The notes below the pieces were generated by a model. The model had not been told where the DNA came from and ran no database searches. It saw only the letters and a program-made list of their open reading frames with translations. A stretch of 62,597 bases of DNA, counting the filler, from Stramenopiles sp. TOSAG23-3 (Eukaryota): assembly GCA_900128585.1 (NCBI GenBank). It is 23 parts of 23 records of this genome, joined end to end, with 100 filler letters (N's around TTAATTAATTAA, not from the genome) between each part and the next. Parts side by side here need not be neighbours in the genome. Positions count along the whole stretch, not along the records: positions 19,170 to 21,804 come from LT644682.1; positions 21,905 to 24,538 come from LT644683.1; positions 24,639 to 27,270 come from LT644684.1; positions 27,371 to 30,001 come from LT644685.1; 19 more parts are not named here. One strand, 5' to 3'. The translations under genes and the position numbers were made by a program. This document shows, one piece after another, positions 20,711-30,101 of this stretch (position 1 is the stretch's first letter; every line of letters begins with the position of its first letter).

Positions 20711-21802
20711 CTAAAAATTAAAATAGCTACTATCGTCATGGTCCGGCTTCTTAATCTCCAAGATGAATGCCGACGCGCTCAGGTATGGGGGGTACCGGTG
20801 CTTCTCAACGGGCTCTTCGCTGACGGTCGTGTCGACGTCGAACGTACCGTCCAGCTCCCGTTGGGGACCGAGGATCCCAATCAGAACGTTTGCCCGGCCG
20901 ACAAGGACGCCAGCGCTCGAGGGCTCCGGCCCAGTGGTGCCAAAGTCCGCACTCATACCGGCCCGCAAAAACGCGAACCATGTAACGGGCTTGTAATCTG
21001 GGAGCAGGTTGACCTGCTCCAAAACCTTCTCGCGCTGGAGCTTCGAGACTGCGTCTGCCGACGGGCATAGCTTGTCGCAGTCTTCGGCGCCTTCGGTGAG
21101 GGCCCAGATCAGGTTCTCCCGGGTAACCGCCCCAATCGCTTTCGGCTTCCCGGCGTGGTGACGGAGCTCGTTCATAAAGTCGTCGTACCGTTCGTCCACG
21201 GGAAGGTCCCGAACGCTGAAGGAGAGCCCCTTCCGTCCCACGTCCCCGGCGGACCGCGATTCCGGGCCCGCCGGTTTCGAGGCCACCTCCGCGGCAATGG
21301 CCGCCGCCCGCACCTTGCTGGTCCCGCTAAGGGCGGGGAGGCACCCACGGTACGCAATTGCAGCCTCGAAGATGTGGCGCAGCCGGGACGTGCGCAGGAC
21401 TGTGGCGACCCACTCCCGCATGTCCATCGGGTGGTTGAGCCCGTTCAAGACCTTGCCCTTCCGTCGGACCCAGGCTTCCAAACGCTTCAGCTCGCCATAC
21501 ACCTGAAGCCCGTCGATGAGCGAACTCAGCGGGCCGAACTGCCCGTGGTCCCAGCCGAACGCTTCCGCCGCACCGGCCAGGCTGGGCGCCTTCTTCAGCT
21601 GGAGCGTCCGGGCCGACTTACGCGGGGAGACCCCCTGCGCCCTCTCCCGGTTTACCTTTGCCTCATTCGCCTCGAACTCGTCACGCTGCTTCCGCTGCTG
21701 CGCCGACAGCATTGTCTGGACGACGGTGGGGTTGTATACCATCCCGTTCCCGAGCTCTTTTAGCGTAACGCACCCGTCGCCATTGTAGTCGGACTCGTAA
21801 AA
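20711..21802 (-). CDS. Hypothetical protein with an EF-hand, 5' partial
   Basis: Frame extends to the contig edge as FYESDYNGDGCVTLKEL; GC-rich coding sequence. Confidence 0.65.
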   Translation of the reverse strand, partial: FYESDYNGDGCVTLKELGNGMVYNPTVVQTMLSAQQRKQRDEFEANEAKVNRERAQGVSPRKSARTLQLKKAPSLAGAAEAFGWDHGQFGPLSSLIDGLQVYGELKRLEAWVRRKGKVLNGLNHPMDMREWVATVLRTSRLRHIFEAAIAYRGCLPALSGTSKVRAAAIAAEVASKPAGPESRSAGDVGRKGLSFSVRDLPVDERYDDFMNELRHHAGKPKAIGAVTRENLIWALTEGAEDCDKLCPSADAVSKLQREKVLEQVNLLPDYKPVTWFAFLRAGMSADFGTTGPEPSSAGVLVGRANVLIGILGPQRELDGTFDVDTTVSEEPVEKHRYPPYLSASAFILEIKKPDHDDSSYFNF

Positions 21803-22061
21803 CANNNNNNNNNNNNNNNNNNNNNNNNNNNNNNNNNNNNNNNNNNNNTTAATTAATTAANNNNNNNNNNNNNNNNNNNNNNNNNNNNNNNNNNNNNNNN
21901 NNNNATAATATTATTTGAATGATTAAAACAATTGAATCGGTTATTCAAATGATGTAATGTGTTCAATGCGATTTGGAAACATGTTCATTCAAAACTTAAG
22001 CTTGCTTTCATTAACGGGGTGAGACTGACTGAACGATTTTTCTTATAGTAGAATAATTGAA

Positions 22062-22901
22062 ATGATAAAGGACCATGTGGCAAGCGCGGTTGCCATGCTG
22101 TTTACGCTAATGTGTGCAGTCTCGGGATCATTGGAGGTTGGGTACAGCGAATCGGTCATTGGGGACGGAGCAGAGGTATTCTCGAATGGGAATGTGAACA
22201 CTTATGTTTCCAGTTATGAGGGTTTGGGCACTGATATTGTCGATGCCACGCGTGGTGGTACCAGAAGATCCCTTATCGCTGCCGGCATCAACGTTCCGAA
22301 CGATTACCTTCATCCTCGCAGAAGGGAACAGCTTTGCGCGGGCCTAAAAGTTGGAGAAGTATGTGCTACTAATGCCACGGAGTTGCAAGGCACAATCGAG
22401 CGCTGCAAAGAAAGCCAAGTCTGCAGTAGCGACATAGCCAATAACGTTTTGGACGTTCGGGACGATATACGGATTATGATTCCAAGATCTTCACAAATAA
22501 CGGTCAATGACGAGATCGTGGTAAGAAACCATCTGACCGTGCATTTAGACAGTCACGAAGGGGAGGCAACCGTACTGGCGGGGGGCAGCCATCGGATATT
22601 TCTTGTCCGGGGAATATTATATGCCAATCGAATAAATTTTCAAAATGGATACGCAAGCACACACGGTGGGGCCATACACTTGGCCGACGGGTCGTCGAAA
22701 GCATACATAAACCATTGCACGTTCTTAGGTAATTCTGCTGCTGACGGTGGTACGGTGATTTGGAACGAAGGGGTGTTGCACATGACTAATGTACTTTTTT
22801 CACCACCCCCATTGTCTATCGCTCCGGTGTACAACGATGGGATATTGAAGCAAGATCCGTTGTACGAAGTGGAGGAAGATGTTCTGCCCATGAGGCTATA
22901 A
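22062..22901 (+). CDS. Secreted right-handed beta-helix (pectin lyase/PMP-repeat-like) protein
   Basis: Signal peptide; HRIFLV, FQNGYASTHGGAI, CTFLGNSAADGG. Confidence 0.65.
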   Translation: MIKDHVASAVAMLFTLMCAVSGSLEVGYSESVIGDGAEVFSNGNVNTYVSSYEGLGTDIVDATRGGTRRSLIAAGINVPNDYLHPRRREQLCAGLKVGEVCATNATELQGTIERCKESQVCSSDIANNVLDVRDDIRIMIPRSSQITVNDEIVVRNHLTVHLDSHEGEATVLAGGSHRIFLVRGILYANRINFQNGYASTHGGAIHLADGSSKAYINHCTFLGNSAADGGTVIWNEGVLHMTNVLFSPPPLSIAPVYNDGILKQDPLYEVEEDVLPMRL

Positions 22902-23245
22902 TATTGTCCCACACAGCATATTATTCATTCCTTAACATACAAAGTACTTCATTTACCGGCGGTGTGAGTACAGAATTCTTATGCTAAAGTATCTTTTTTA
23001 CATCATTAAAAAACACAAATATCTTTATTTTTAGTAATCAAAAAAAAAATATATATAGTATGTTTTAAGTCAAAAAAGAAAAGAAAAAAGAAGGTATCTA
23101 TAAGTAATCAATATTAACCTTATCACTTTTTTTTATTTTTGCAGTTGCGTTGCTGGCTTCTGTGTACGCTAAACACCATATTATTATCACATTGTGCATG
23201 AAAAATAAAAATTATTTCACTTGCCGCGCACCACGCCAATTAACT

Positions 23246-24169
23246 CTACGACCCTGAGGTAAACCAGGTCGTGAAAGCCAACCGTCGGTCTCTTGTTGCC
23301 TTGACTTGATGGGGAATAGCGCCACTGAAAAACACAACTACGCGCCCTCCGATGGGCTCAATGAAGGTAGGCGTTATGGGGCGTCTGTCTTCTAACACCA
23401 TCAGCTTTCCACCCCTATGGGACGATCTTTGAAGGTACAGTATCGCTGACAGCACCCGTCCGTTCCGAGAGTGGAGCGTGTCGTCCGCTGAGGCGTCCAA
23501 ATGAAGCTTATATCCTGAAGCGCCAGGGGCATAGGAGGCCAACTGAAACTCATAGTCCAACATGTTGCTTGAAAACTGCACAACATGTGCCAAATCATCC
23601 CTCAATTTTAAGACACGCTTCAGGAGAAACAAAAATGGGTCCCGGTCCCTTAACTCCGTTTCGCTTTGTTCAAAAAACGCCTCTCGTGATATACCCATCT
23701 GAAAGAAGTATTCCTGCGGGTTCAAAAAGAAAATTAGATCGTCCCTGCCATGATTTGAGGGGTATTGCCATTGGATATGCTTGTTTTCAGTTGCATGTTC
23801 GCGGACTTGTTCGGTTTCCTCTTGGGATAAAAAGTTGTCAACGACCGTGAATCCTCTCTCCAGCAACATTTCAGCCTGGTCTTGGTGAAGGATTTGAAAT
23901 TTAGTATGCTGCGGTGAACAGCAGAGGTTCGCAACGATACGATCCAAACTCGAAAAAGAAAACAGGTTCAACTTAAATAAAGTCTGTAATATTGCTGCTT
24001 CAACATTCGAAATAGACCCCGTCTGGACCGCGATTGCGAACATCAAAAACACCCTTTTCGAATGCTTCTCTGAATTTTTTTTCGATTTCCGGTGAGTATT
24101 TAACCGACGCCGTTCTTCTATTGTCAAGCGTGCCTGTGGAGTGGCCATGGTATGGTGCATACGTTTCAA
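23246..24169 (-). CDS. 2OG-Fe(II) oxygenase, prolyl-hydroxylase (EGLN/P4Hc)-like
   Basis: YKLHLD (HxD), RVLSAILYL, GGKL, PHQV, RLAFTTW. Confidence 0.85.
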   Translation of the reverse strand: MKRMHHTMATPQARLTIEERRRLNTHRKSKKNSEKHSKRVFLMFAIAVQTGSISNVEAAILQTLFKLNLFSFSSLDRIVANLCCSPQHTKFQILHQDQAEMLLERGFTVVDNFLSQEETEQVREHATENKHIQWQYPSNHGRDDLIFFLNPQEYFFQMGISREAFFEQSETELRDRDPFLFLLKRVLKLRDDLAHVVQFSSNMLDYEFQLASYAPGASGYKLHLDASADDTLHSRNGRVLSAILYLQRSSHRGGKLMVLEDRRPITPTFIEPIGGRVVVFFSGAIPHQVKATRDRRLAFTTWFTSGS

Positions 24170-24646
24170 AGTTCAACCATATTCTGTAGGCCTCAAACAA
24201 AACGTAAAATCTCAAGGGTCAATTTTCTATCGGTTTCTGTTTTTGTCTAGATTTTCGTGTCAGTCAATTATGTAAAAAAATATTGATTAGGCCTTGATCT
24301 TTTAATTGAATATAGTTGCAAACGCAATTATTATTAAATGATATTATATTGAAGATTTTGATGAAAGCTCTCCTCAACAATAATAATAATAATCTCCATC
24401 AAAAGTGAAATAATAATAACCGCCGCCGGTCGTGTCGTCGCGTCCCGCATTTTTTTTTTCAAGAAGAAAGAAGAAGAAGAATGGGAAGAAAAAAAGAAGA
24501 AGGAGGAGGAGGGAACCGGAATTGTCGTTGTTGTTTGTNNNNNNNNNNNNNNNNNNNNNNNNNNNNNNNNNNNNNNNNNNNNTTAATTAATTAANNNNNN
24601 NNNNNNNNNNNNNNNNNNNNNNNNNNNNNNNNNNNNNNTGTTTGTT

Positions 24647-24698
<52 letters not shown>

Positions 24699-25124
24699 TC
24701 GACTCTTTCTTTTATTAAAGAAAAAAGGAAAATAATAGGAGGAGGGGAATACAGTGTATTATTATTTAATAGTAATCTTCTCAACATCATCCCTATTTTA
24801 ATACCTCCTCCTCCTCCAACAGAGACATAAAAAATATCCACAAGAACAATAATATTAATAATAAAAAAATATTATAAAAATACAATCCAACCACCCCACC
24901 GCCCACGCCACCTCCTTTTATAATAATATAAATAATAATAATAAAATCAATTTCATTCACCACAGTAAACTACCGGTATTGTAGATTAAATTGAACAAAA
25001 TTGTTAATCGGTAAAAGTAAATGAGTAAGACTTCGGCATAATCCCGATTGTTTCAAACTGTGAATATTTACTCATTCCTGGCTGTTGTATTACACTAATT
25101 AATAGAACCTGTTGACTCTGTGTG

Positions 25125-26033
25125 ATGAAAGGCCTTTTTGCTGGTTCGGGTTCGGACGCGCTGAACAATCCCACCGTTTGTAAGCGGGTCTTGGAACTGG
25201 TTGGGAAGGCGTGCTCTGAAATTACGCTGCTATACTTAGGAACGGCCACGTATGACTCGACTTCGGCGAAAGTACGCCAGACTAGTTGGTTCAATGACCA
25301 AGGTGTCAGGATAACGGAGATAAAATGCGCAACAAACCAGCCTACAAAAGAAGAAATGGAATCAAAAACTTCTGAAGCCGATATCGTTTTAGTGTCGGGT
25401 GGAAATACACTTTTCGCTGTGGACAGGTGGAAAAACATTGGATTAGGAGCTCTTTTGGAAACATCCATGAATCAGGGGAGCGTTTTGTGCGGGGGTTCAG
25501 CTGGAGCTATATGCTGGTTTGATGGAGGACACAGCGATTCGATGGACCCAGATTCATACCAACCAAAATATCGGGAAGAGCACCTTACACAGGAATCCAG
25601 CTGGGAGTACGTACGGGTCGGGTGCCTCGGCTTCTTGCCAGGGCTCGCGTGCCCACATTACGATAAGGTGCAAAGCAACGGAGTCCTGCGGGCAACTGAT
25701 TTTCAAGAAATGGTTAGCCGTCATCCGACGGAGAGGGGTATATGCATAGACCATTGGGCTGCCCTGGTCGTTGACGGGGAAGCATACAGCGTCTTTACGG
25801 TTGACGGTAAGCCTGGGAGCGTGATGGACGACGAGACGTTCTCGGAAACGCAACAGGGGAAACCTGGGATTTGGATTAAAGATGCTGGTTCGGGCGGCAA
25901 GGCTATCAAGACAACATTGGCCCCGTCACAGGGGCTGTTGAAGGATTTGCTTCGGCAGCCTACCGGTGGGTCTACAACAGAAGACCCCAGGCTTTCCCTG
26001 GCAAGAAAAGAAAATCCTCAGCCCCAAGAGTAA
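25125..26033 (+). CDS. Peptidase S51 (dipeptidase E/cyanophycinase-like)
   Basis: YLGTATYD, VSGGNTL, GGSAGAICWF nucleophile elbow, CPHYD. Confidence 0.85.
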   Translation: MKGLFAGSGSDALNNPTVCKRVLELVGKACSEITLLYLGTATYDSTSAKVRQTSWFNDQGVRITEIKCATNQPTKEEMESKTSEADIVLVSGGNTLFAVDRWKNIGLGALLETSMNQGSVLCGGSAGAICWFDGGHSDSMDPDSYQPKYREEHLTQESSWEYVRVGCLGFLPGLACPHYDKVQSNGVLRATDFQEMVSRHPTERGICIDHWAALVVDGEAYSVFTVDGKPGSVMDDETFSETQQGKPGIWIKDAGSGGKAIKTTLAPSQGLLKDLLRQPTGGSTTEDPRLSLARKENPQPQE

Positions 26034-26377
26034 AGAGAGATTCAAAAAAACAAATAAATATTAGTATATATGCAGCTTTAAGACTCTCATTTTCTTATCA
26101 ATTACGATTTCAGTGCCAACCCCTAAACCTAAAATGAGATCATATGTGTGTGCCTTTAAATATAGTCCGGACTAAGTGGCATCGATATAATATTAATTAC
26201 CTAAAAGCACACCAGTAGAGTTCAGCTCGCCGGTACATTAATTTAAATAACAGCCATTTGTTTTTGATCCCTTTAAATAAAGAATTAAGAGAGGGGGGGA
26301 AATATGTTTTTTCATTTTTCACACATGATTAATCCACACAGAAATATATTTTTATGAGATATAAAATTTACACACTG

Positions 26378-26899
26378 TCAATCCAAGAGAAGATCTTTCA
26401 GTAATTCCACAATTTCCTGCTTACCGCAGTGGAAGCTGCACTTGGTGGTATTGTTACACCACTCAACATTCTCGGCATGCGTCGAACAGGGTTCTAATGC
26501 CAACCGTTCTGCTGCATCTAATGCATTCTCCCCATTTTTCGTTTTTGCAGTAAAATCTGCACCGTTTTTTAAAAGGCACTCGACAATTCCCAAATGTCCA
26601 TGTGCAACAGCATGCATGAGAGCAGTCTTTCCTTCGCTGGTACCGTCTTTCGCATCAATGTCAGCACCTCTTCCCAGCAAATACAAAATTGCTTCATAAC
26701 GATTTGCGGCCGCAGCCACGATTAACGGGGTCATACCACCATAGTACTCATCCACACCAAATCCCTTTTGCTCTATCAGTCGCTTCAACTGTGCGACATT
26801 GTTTGTCGCCGCAGAGTAACACAGTTTCTTTCCCTTGGGAGCGGCAAACATGGACCTCGCCTGCAGGTTTGGTCTAGGTTTTAAAAGGGGTGGGCACAT
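26378..26899 (-). CDS. Ankyrin-repeat protein
   Basis: GMTPLIVAAA, LLGRGADIDAKD, GKTALMHAVAHGH, LLKNGAD. Confidence 0.9.
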   Translation of the reverse strand: MCPPLLKPRPNLQARSMFAAPKGKKLCYSAATNNVAQLKRLIEQKGFGVDEYYGGMTPLIVAAAANRYEAILYLLGRGADIDAKDGTSEGKTALMHAVAHGHLGIVECLLKNGADFTAKTKNGENALDAAERLALEPCSTHAENVEWCNNTTKCSFHCGKQEIVELLKDLLLD

Positions 26900-27498
26900 T
26901 CTGAATTATTTTTCAAAAAGTTATTAATGCACGCATTCGCCATTAGAAACATTGTTTATATATCTACATTTGTTCATTTTGTCATGAGAGGAATCACAAT
27001 TAAAAAAAAAGAGGTGGTGTAGGAGGAGAAGAAAAGAAAAAAGAGATTATCAAGCAAGCAGCAAGGAAACTCGCATAAAAAAATAATTAACAGGTACACA
27101 CCACAGCGTACATGCTGTAATACTATTCTAGACGACTATTTATAATAATAATAAATAATATGTAAATAAAATTACGTGGTGTATTATTAATAGAAAGAAA
27201 GAGTCGAAAGAAAGAGTCGAAAGAAAGAAAGAGTCGAAAGAAAGAAAGAGTCGAAAGAAAGAAAGAAAGANNNNNNNNNNNNNNNNNNNNNNNNNNNNNN
27301 NNNNNNNNNNNNNNTTAATTAATTAANNNNNNNNNNNNNNNNNNNNNNNNNNNNNNNNNNNNNNNNNNNNACAACTATAATTAATTTTGTTTGTTTCACG
27401 TTCGAAACCATAGAGAATGAGGTCGACTCACATACACATGAACGATTGAGGTTTGCATTCGTTAATACAATAATCTATTGGACAGTAAAGTTCAGGAA

Positions 27499-28326
27499 AT
27501 GAAATCAAATGATAGTGCAGTGGCAACGCTTGGGCTTCAGATCGAAGGGAAGAAGTCTGCCGCAACGGCGGGGTGTTTGCGCAAACAAAAATACGCCGCA
27601 ATTGGGGTTGGAATCGCATGCGGTATTTCTGCATCCGTCGTGTTGATTTTGTATATATCGATGCCGTACTTGTTTTGGGTCTCTTCCATACCTATCGAAG
27701 AGTACCAGAAACACCCGTATGGTGACCTGCTATTCGTGAGACATGCTTTTGCACCGGGCAATGGCGACCCAACTGGGTTTTTGATACAGAATTGTAGCAC
27801 ACAACGGAATTTAAACGGGGACGGCCGTGTCCAGGCAGGTGTTATTGGGGCAAAGCTAGGGAAACTAGCGGGGGAGACGATTGTGTTTAATCCCAGGGTA
27901 TGGACGAGTCAATGGTGCCGTTGCAAAGACACGGCAGATATCATCGCGGCGAAATTGAACAGTAGCACCGCCGCAACGTCCTCGACGCAGGCACTGGCCA
28001 AGTCGTCCGAATCTTTGGAAGGGGTCCCCGCCGGAGTTTACCACTTCTATGTGGAAGAAGAATGGGGGCTAAACTCTTTTTATCAAAACTGGGGCCTAGG
28101 GTTTACAAAATCCACGACAACCCAAAGGTTAACGTCAGCCATTTTAGCAAAGGCCAAGGCCGATACTGCGACAAGGAAATCAACAAACGCAAAAGGAAAA
28201 CTCCACACAATACTGGTGACCCATAGTGTAGTTATTACAGCCTTGACCGGGTTGAGGGTTGATTCCGGCGGGGTTGTCGCGTATGATTCAACAGGAAACG
28301 TGAATCCAATCGAACTCTCCCTTTAG
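27499..28326 (+). CDS. Histidine phosphatase (PGM-family) with N-terminal TM anchor
   Basis: FVRHAFAPG (RHG/A), CSTQRNL, SQWCRCKDTA, LVTH. Confidence 0.8.
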   Translation: MKSNDSAVATLGLQIEGKKSAATAGCLRKQKYAAIGVGIACGISASVVLILYISMPYLFWVSSIPIEEYQKHPYGDLLFVRHAFAPGNGDPTGFLIQNCSTQRNLNGDGRVQAGVIGAKLGKLAGETIVFNPRVWTSQWCRCKDTADIIAAKLNSSTAATSSTQALAKSSESLEGVPAGVYHFYVEEEWGLNSFYQNWGLGFTKSTTTQRLTSAILAKAKADTATRKSTNAKGKLHTILVTHSVVITALTGLRVDSGGVVAYDSTGNVNPIELSL

Positions 28327-28798
28327 TCGATGCAAATGAACCATAGTATATATATATAAACTGAAAAACTGAAATGTTGAGGTTTACTTNNNNNNNNNNN
28401 NNNNNNNNNNNNNNNNNNNNNNNNNNNNNNNNNNNNNNNNNNNNNNNNNNNNNNNNNATTATGGTGAGGATGATGTTGATTTGTTTCGTTTTGATTTTGA
28501 TTTTGCGGTTCATTCATTCATTTTCGGATTCTTCTTCTTTTTTTTTTCTTCTTTTTGTTTTCTTCGTTTTTTTTTCTTCTTCTTCTAAAAAAAAAAAAAA
28601 ACGATTAACGATAGGTTTAACAATAGGGTTATTTACGAAAGTAATTAGATAGGGAATATGGTATGATTACTATACGAATATGCTCTACATGTAATTTATA
28701 GATATGATTTTTAAGGATTTACTCATACATTAATATAGACACAGCACAGGATTAATGAATAATAATTTAGATTTACTTTTAAGGAATTAAAAAGTTAC

Positions 28799-29456
28799 TT
28801 AAAAGTATAATCTATCCGGATTCTTTCCTTTTTCCAGACAAGTCAATGATTGTAACGAATCATTCTCAACTAACTCAAGAAGACATTGACAACCAACATT
28901 ACCAATCTTCTTATTAACAGACAAATTAAGATAATCCAGCATTGACATAGCAGGAAAAACATTACTCAACACAGCAAGACCTTCATCTCCTATGTTGTTG
29001 CCACCCAAACCAAGCACCTTCAAGTTTGGCATTGTTCTTAAGGCCGGAGCGATTGTTTGGCAGCCTTCATCGGTGATCGATTTGAATTTAAGATCCAACG
29101 TTCCCGTGAACCCCTCGCCTTGCTTCATCTGGTCCGCCTTATCCTTCCCGACGACCCTTTCCACGGCGGTTCCGTTCTTTTTCCTCGGCCTCGGCCTTCC
29201 GGTTCCTCCGTGACCCGTTTCTGTTCCGGCGGCGTCTTGGGGCTGTTGCTGAGGAGCGTTCCCCCGGTCCTCGTCCTTCGTGGGGGTTCCTTCGGGGTGC
29301 AGCCTTAGGACGTGCGTGGTGGGGTCTTGGGGCTGTTGCTGAGAGGCGTTTCCCCGGTCTTCGTCCTTCGTGGGGATTCCTTCGGGGTGCAGCCTCAGGA
29401 CTTGGGGGGCCGGTGGTGGGTTCCCTCGCGGTTGGTGGGGAGCCTCCGGCCCTCAT
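28799..29456 (-). pseudogene. LRR protein copy B, with an apparent 1-nt frameshift near 29170 and a deletion in the C-cap
   Basis: The ATG at 29456 (MRAGG...AEAEEKERN) is out of frame with VERVVGKDK...LRR; SLTCL joins directly to EKGK, lacking NPNISSEELKTKF.RVWS seen in copies A and C. Confidence 0.65.
29234..29401. repeat. Direct repeat with 90-bp period in the LRR copy B N-terminal region
   Basis: gtcttggggctgttgctgag...ttccttcggggtgcagcct x2. Confidence 0.9.
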
Positions 29457-29538
29457 GGGGGAAGAATTATATATGTAGACTTCCCTAAAGTAAAATATCA
29501 ATAAAAGTTTATAAAATCTACAAAAAAAAAAATTAGTT

Positions 29539-30000
29539 TTAAAAGTGCACACTCCCGTGAGAAAATCCCAATATATTTCCCTTTCCTTTTTCACTCCAAA
29601 CTCTTCTGAATTTGGTTTTTAATTCTTCAGATGAGATATTGGGGTTCCTATTCAACCGAAGATAAGTCAATGATTGTAACGAATCATTCTCAACTAACTC
29701 AAGAAGACATTGACAACCAACATTACCAATATTATTATCAAACAAAGAAAGTTCAGCCAGCATTGACATAGCAGAAACAACATTACTCAACACAGCAAGA
29801 CCTTCATCTCCTATATTGTTTTCAGACAAATAAAGCTGCTTCAAGTTTGGCATTGTTCTTAAGGCCGGAGCGATTGTTCGGCAGCCTTCAGCTCCAATAT
29901 TGTTGTTATTCAACCAAAGCTTCTCCAAGTTTGGCATTGTTCTTAAGGCCGGAGCGATTGTTCGGCAGCCTTCATCGGTGATCGATTTGCGACGAAGATC
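29539..30000 (-). CDS. LRR protein copy C, 5' partial, tandem with copy B
   Basis: DLRRKSITDEGCRTIAPALRTMPNLEKLWLNNNNIG...; near-identical DNA to copy A. Confidence 0.9.
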   Translation of the reverse strand, partial: DLRRKSITDEGCRTIAPALRTMPNLEKLWLNNNNIGAEGCRTIAPALRTMPNLKQLYLSENNIGDEGLAVLSNVVSAMSMLAELSLFDNNIGNVGCQCLLELVENDSLQSLTYLRLNRNPNISSEELKTKFRRVWSEKGKGNILGFSHGSVHF

Positions 30001-30101
30001 CNNNNNNNNNNNNNNNNNNNNNNNNNNNNNNNNNNNNNNNNNNNNTTAATTAATTAANNNNNNNNNNNNNNNNNNNNNNNNNNNNNNNNNNNNNNNNNNN
30101 N

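Noticed and set aside
28390-28457. N-run without a linker
   Set aside because: Ordinary intra-scaffold gap; ORFs spanning it are artefacts.
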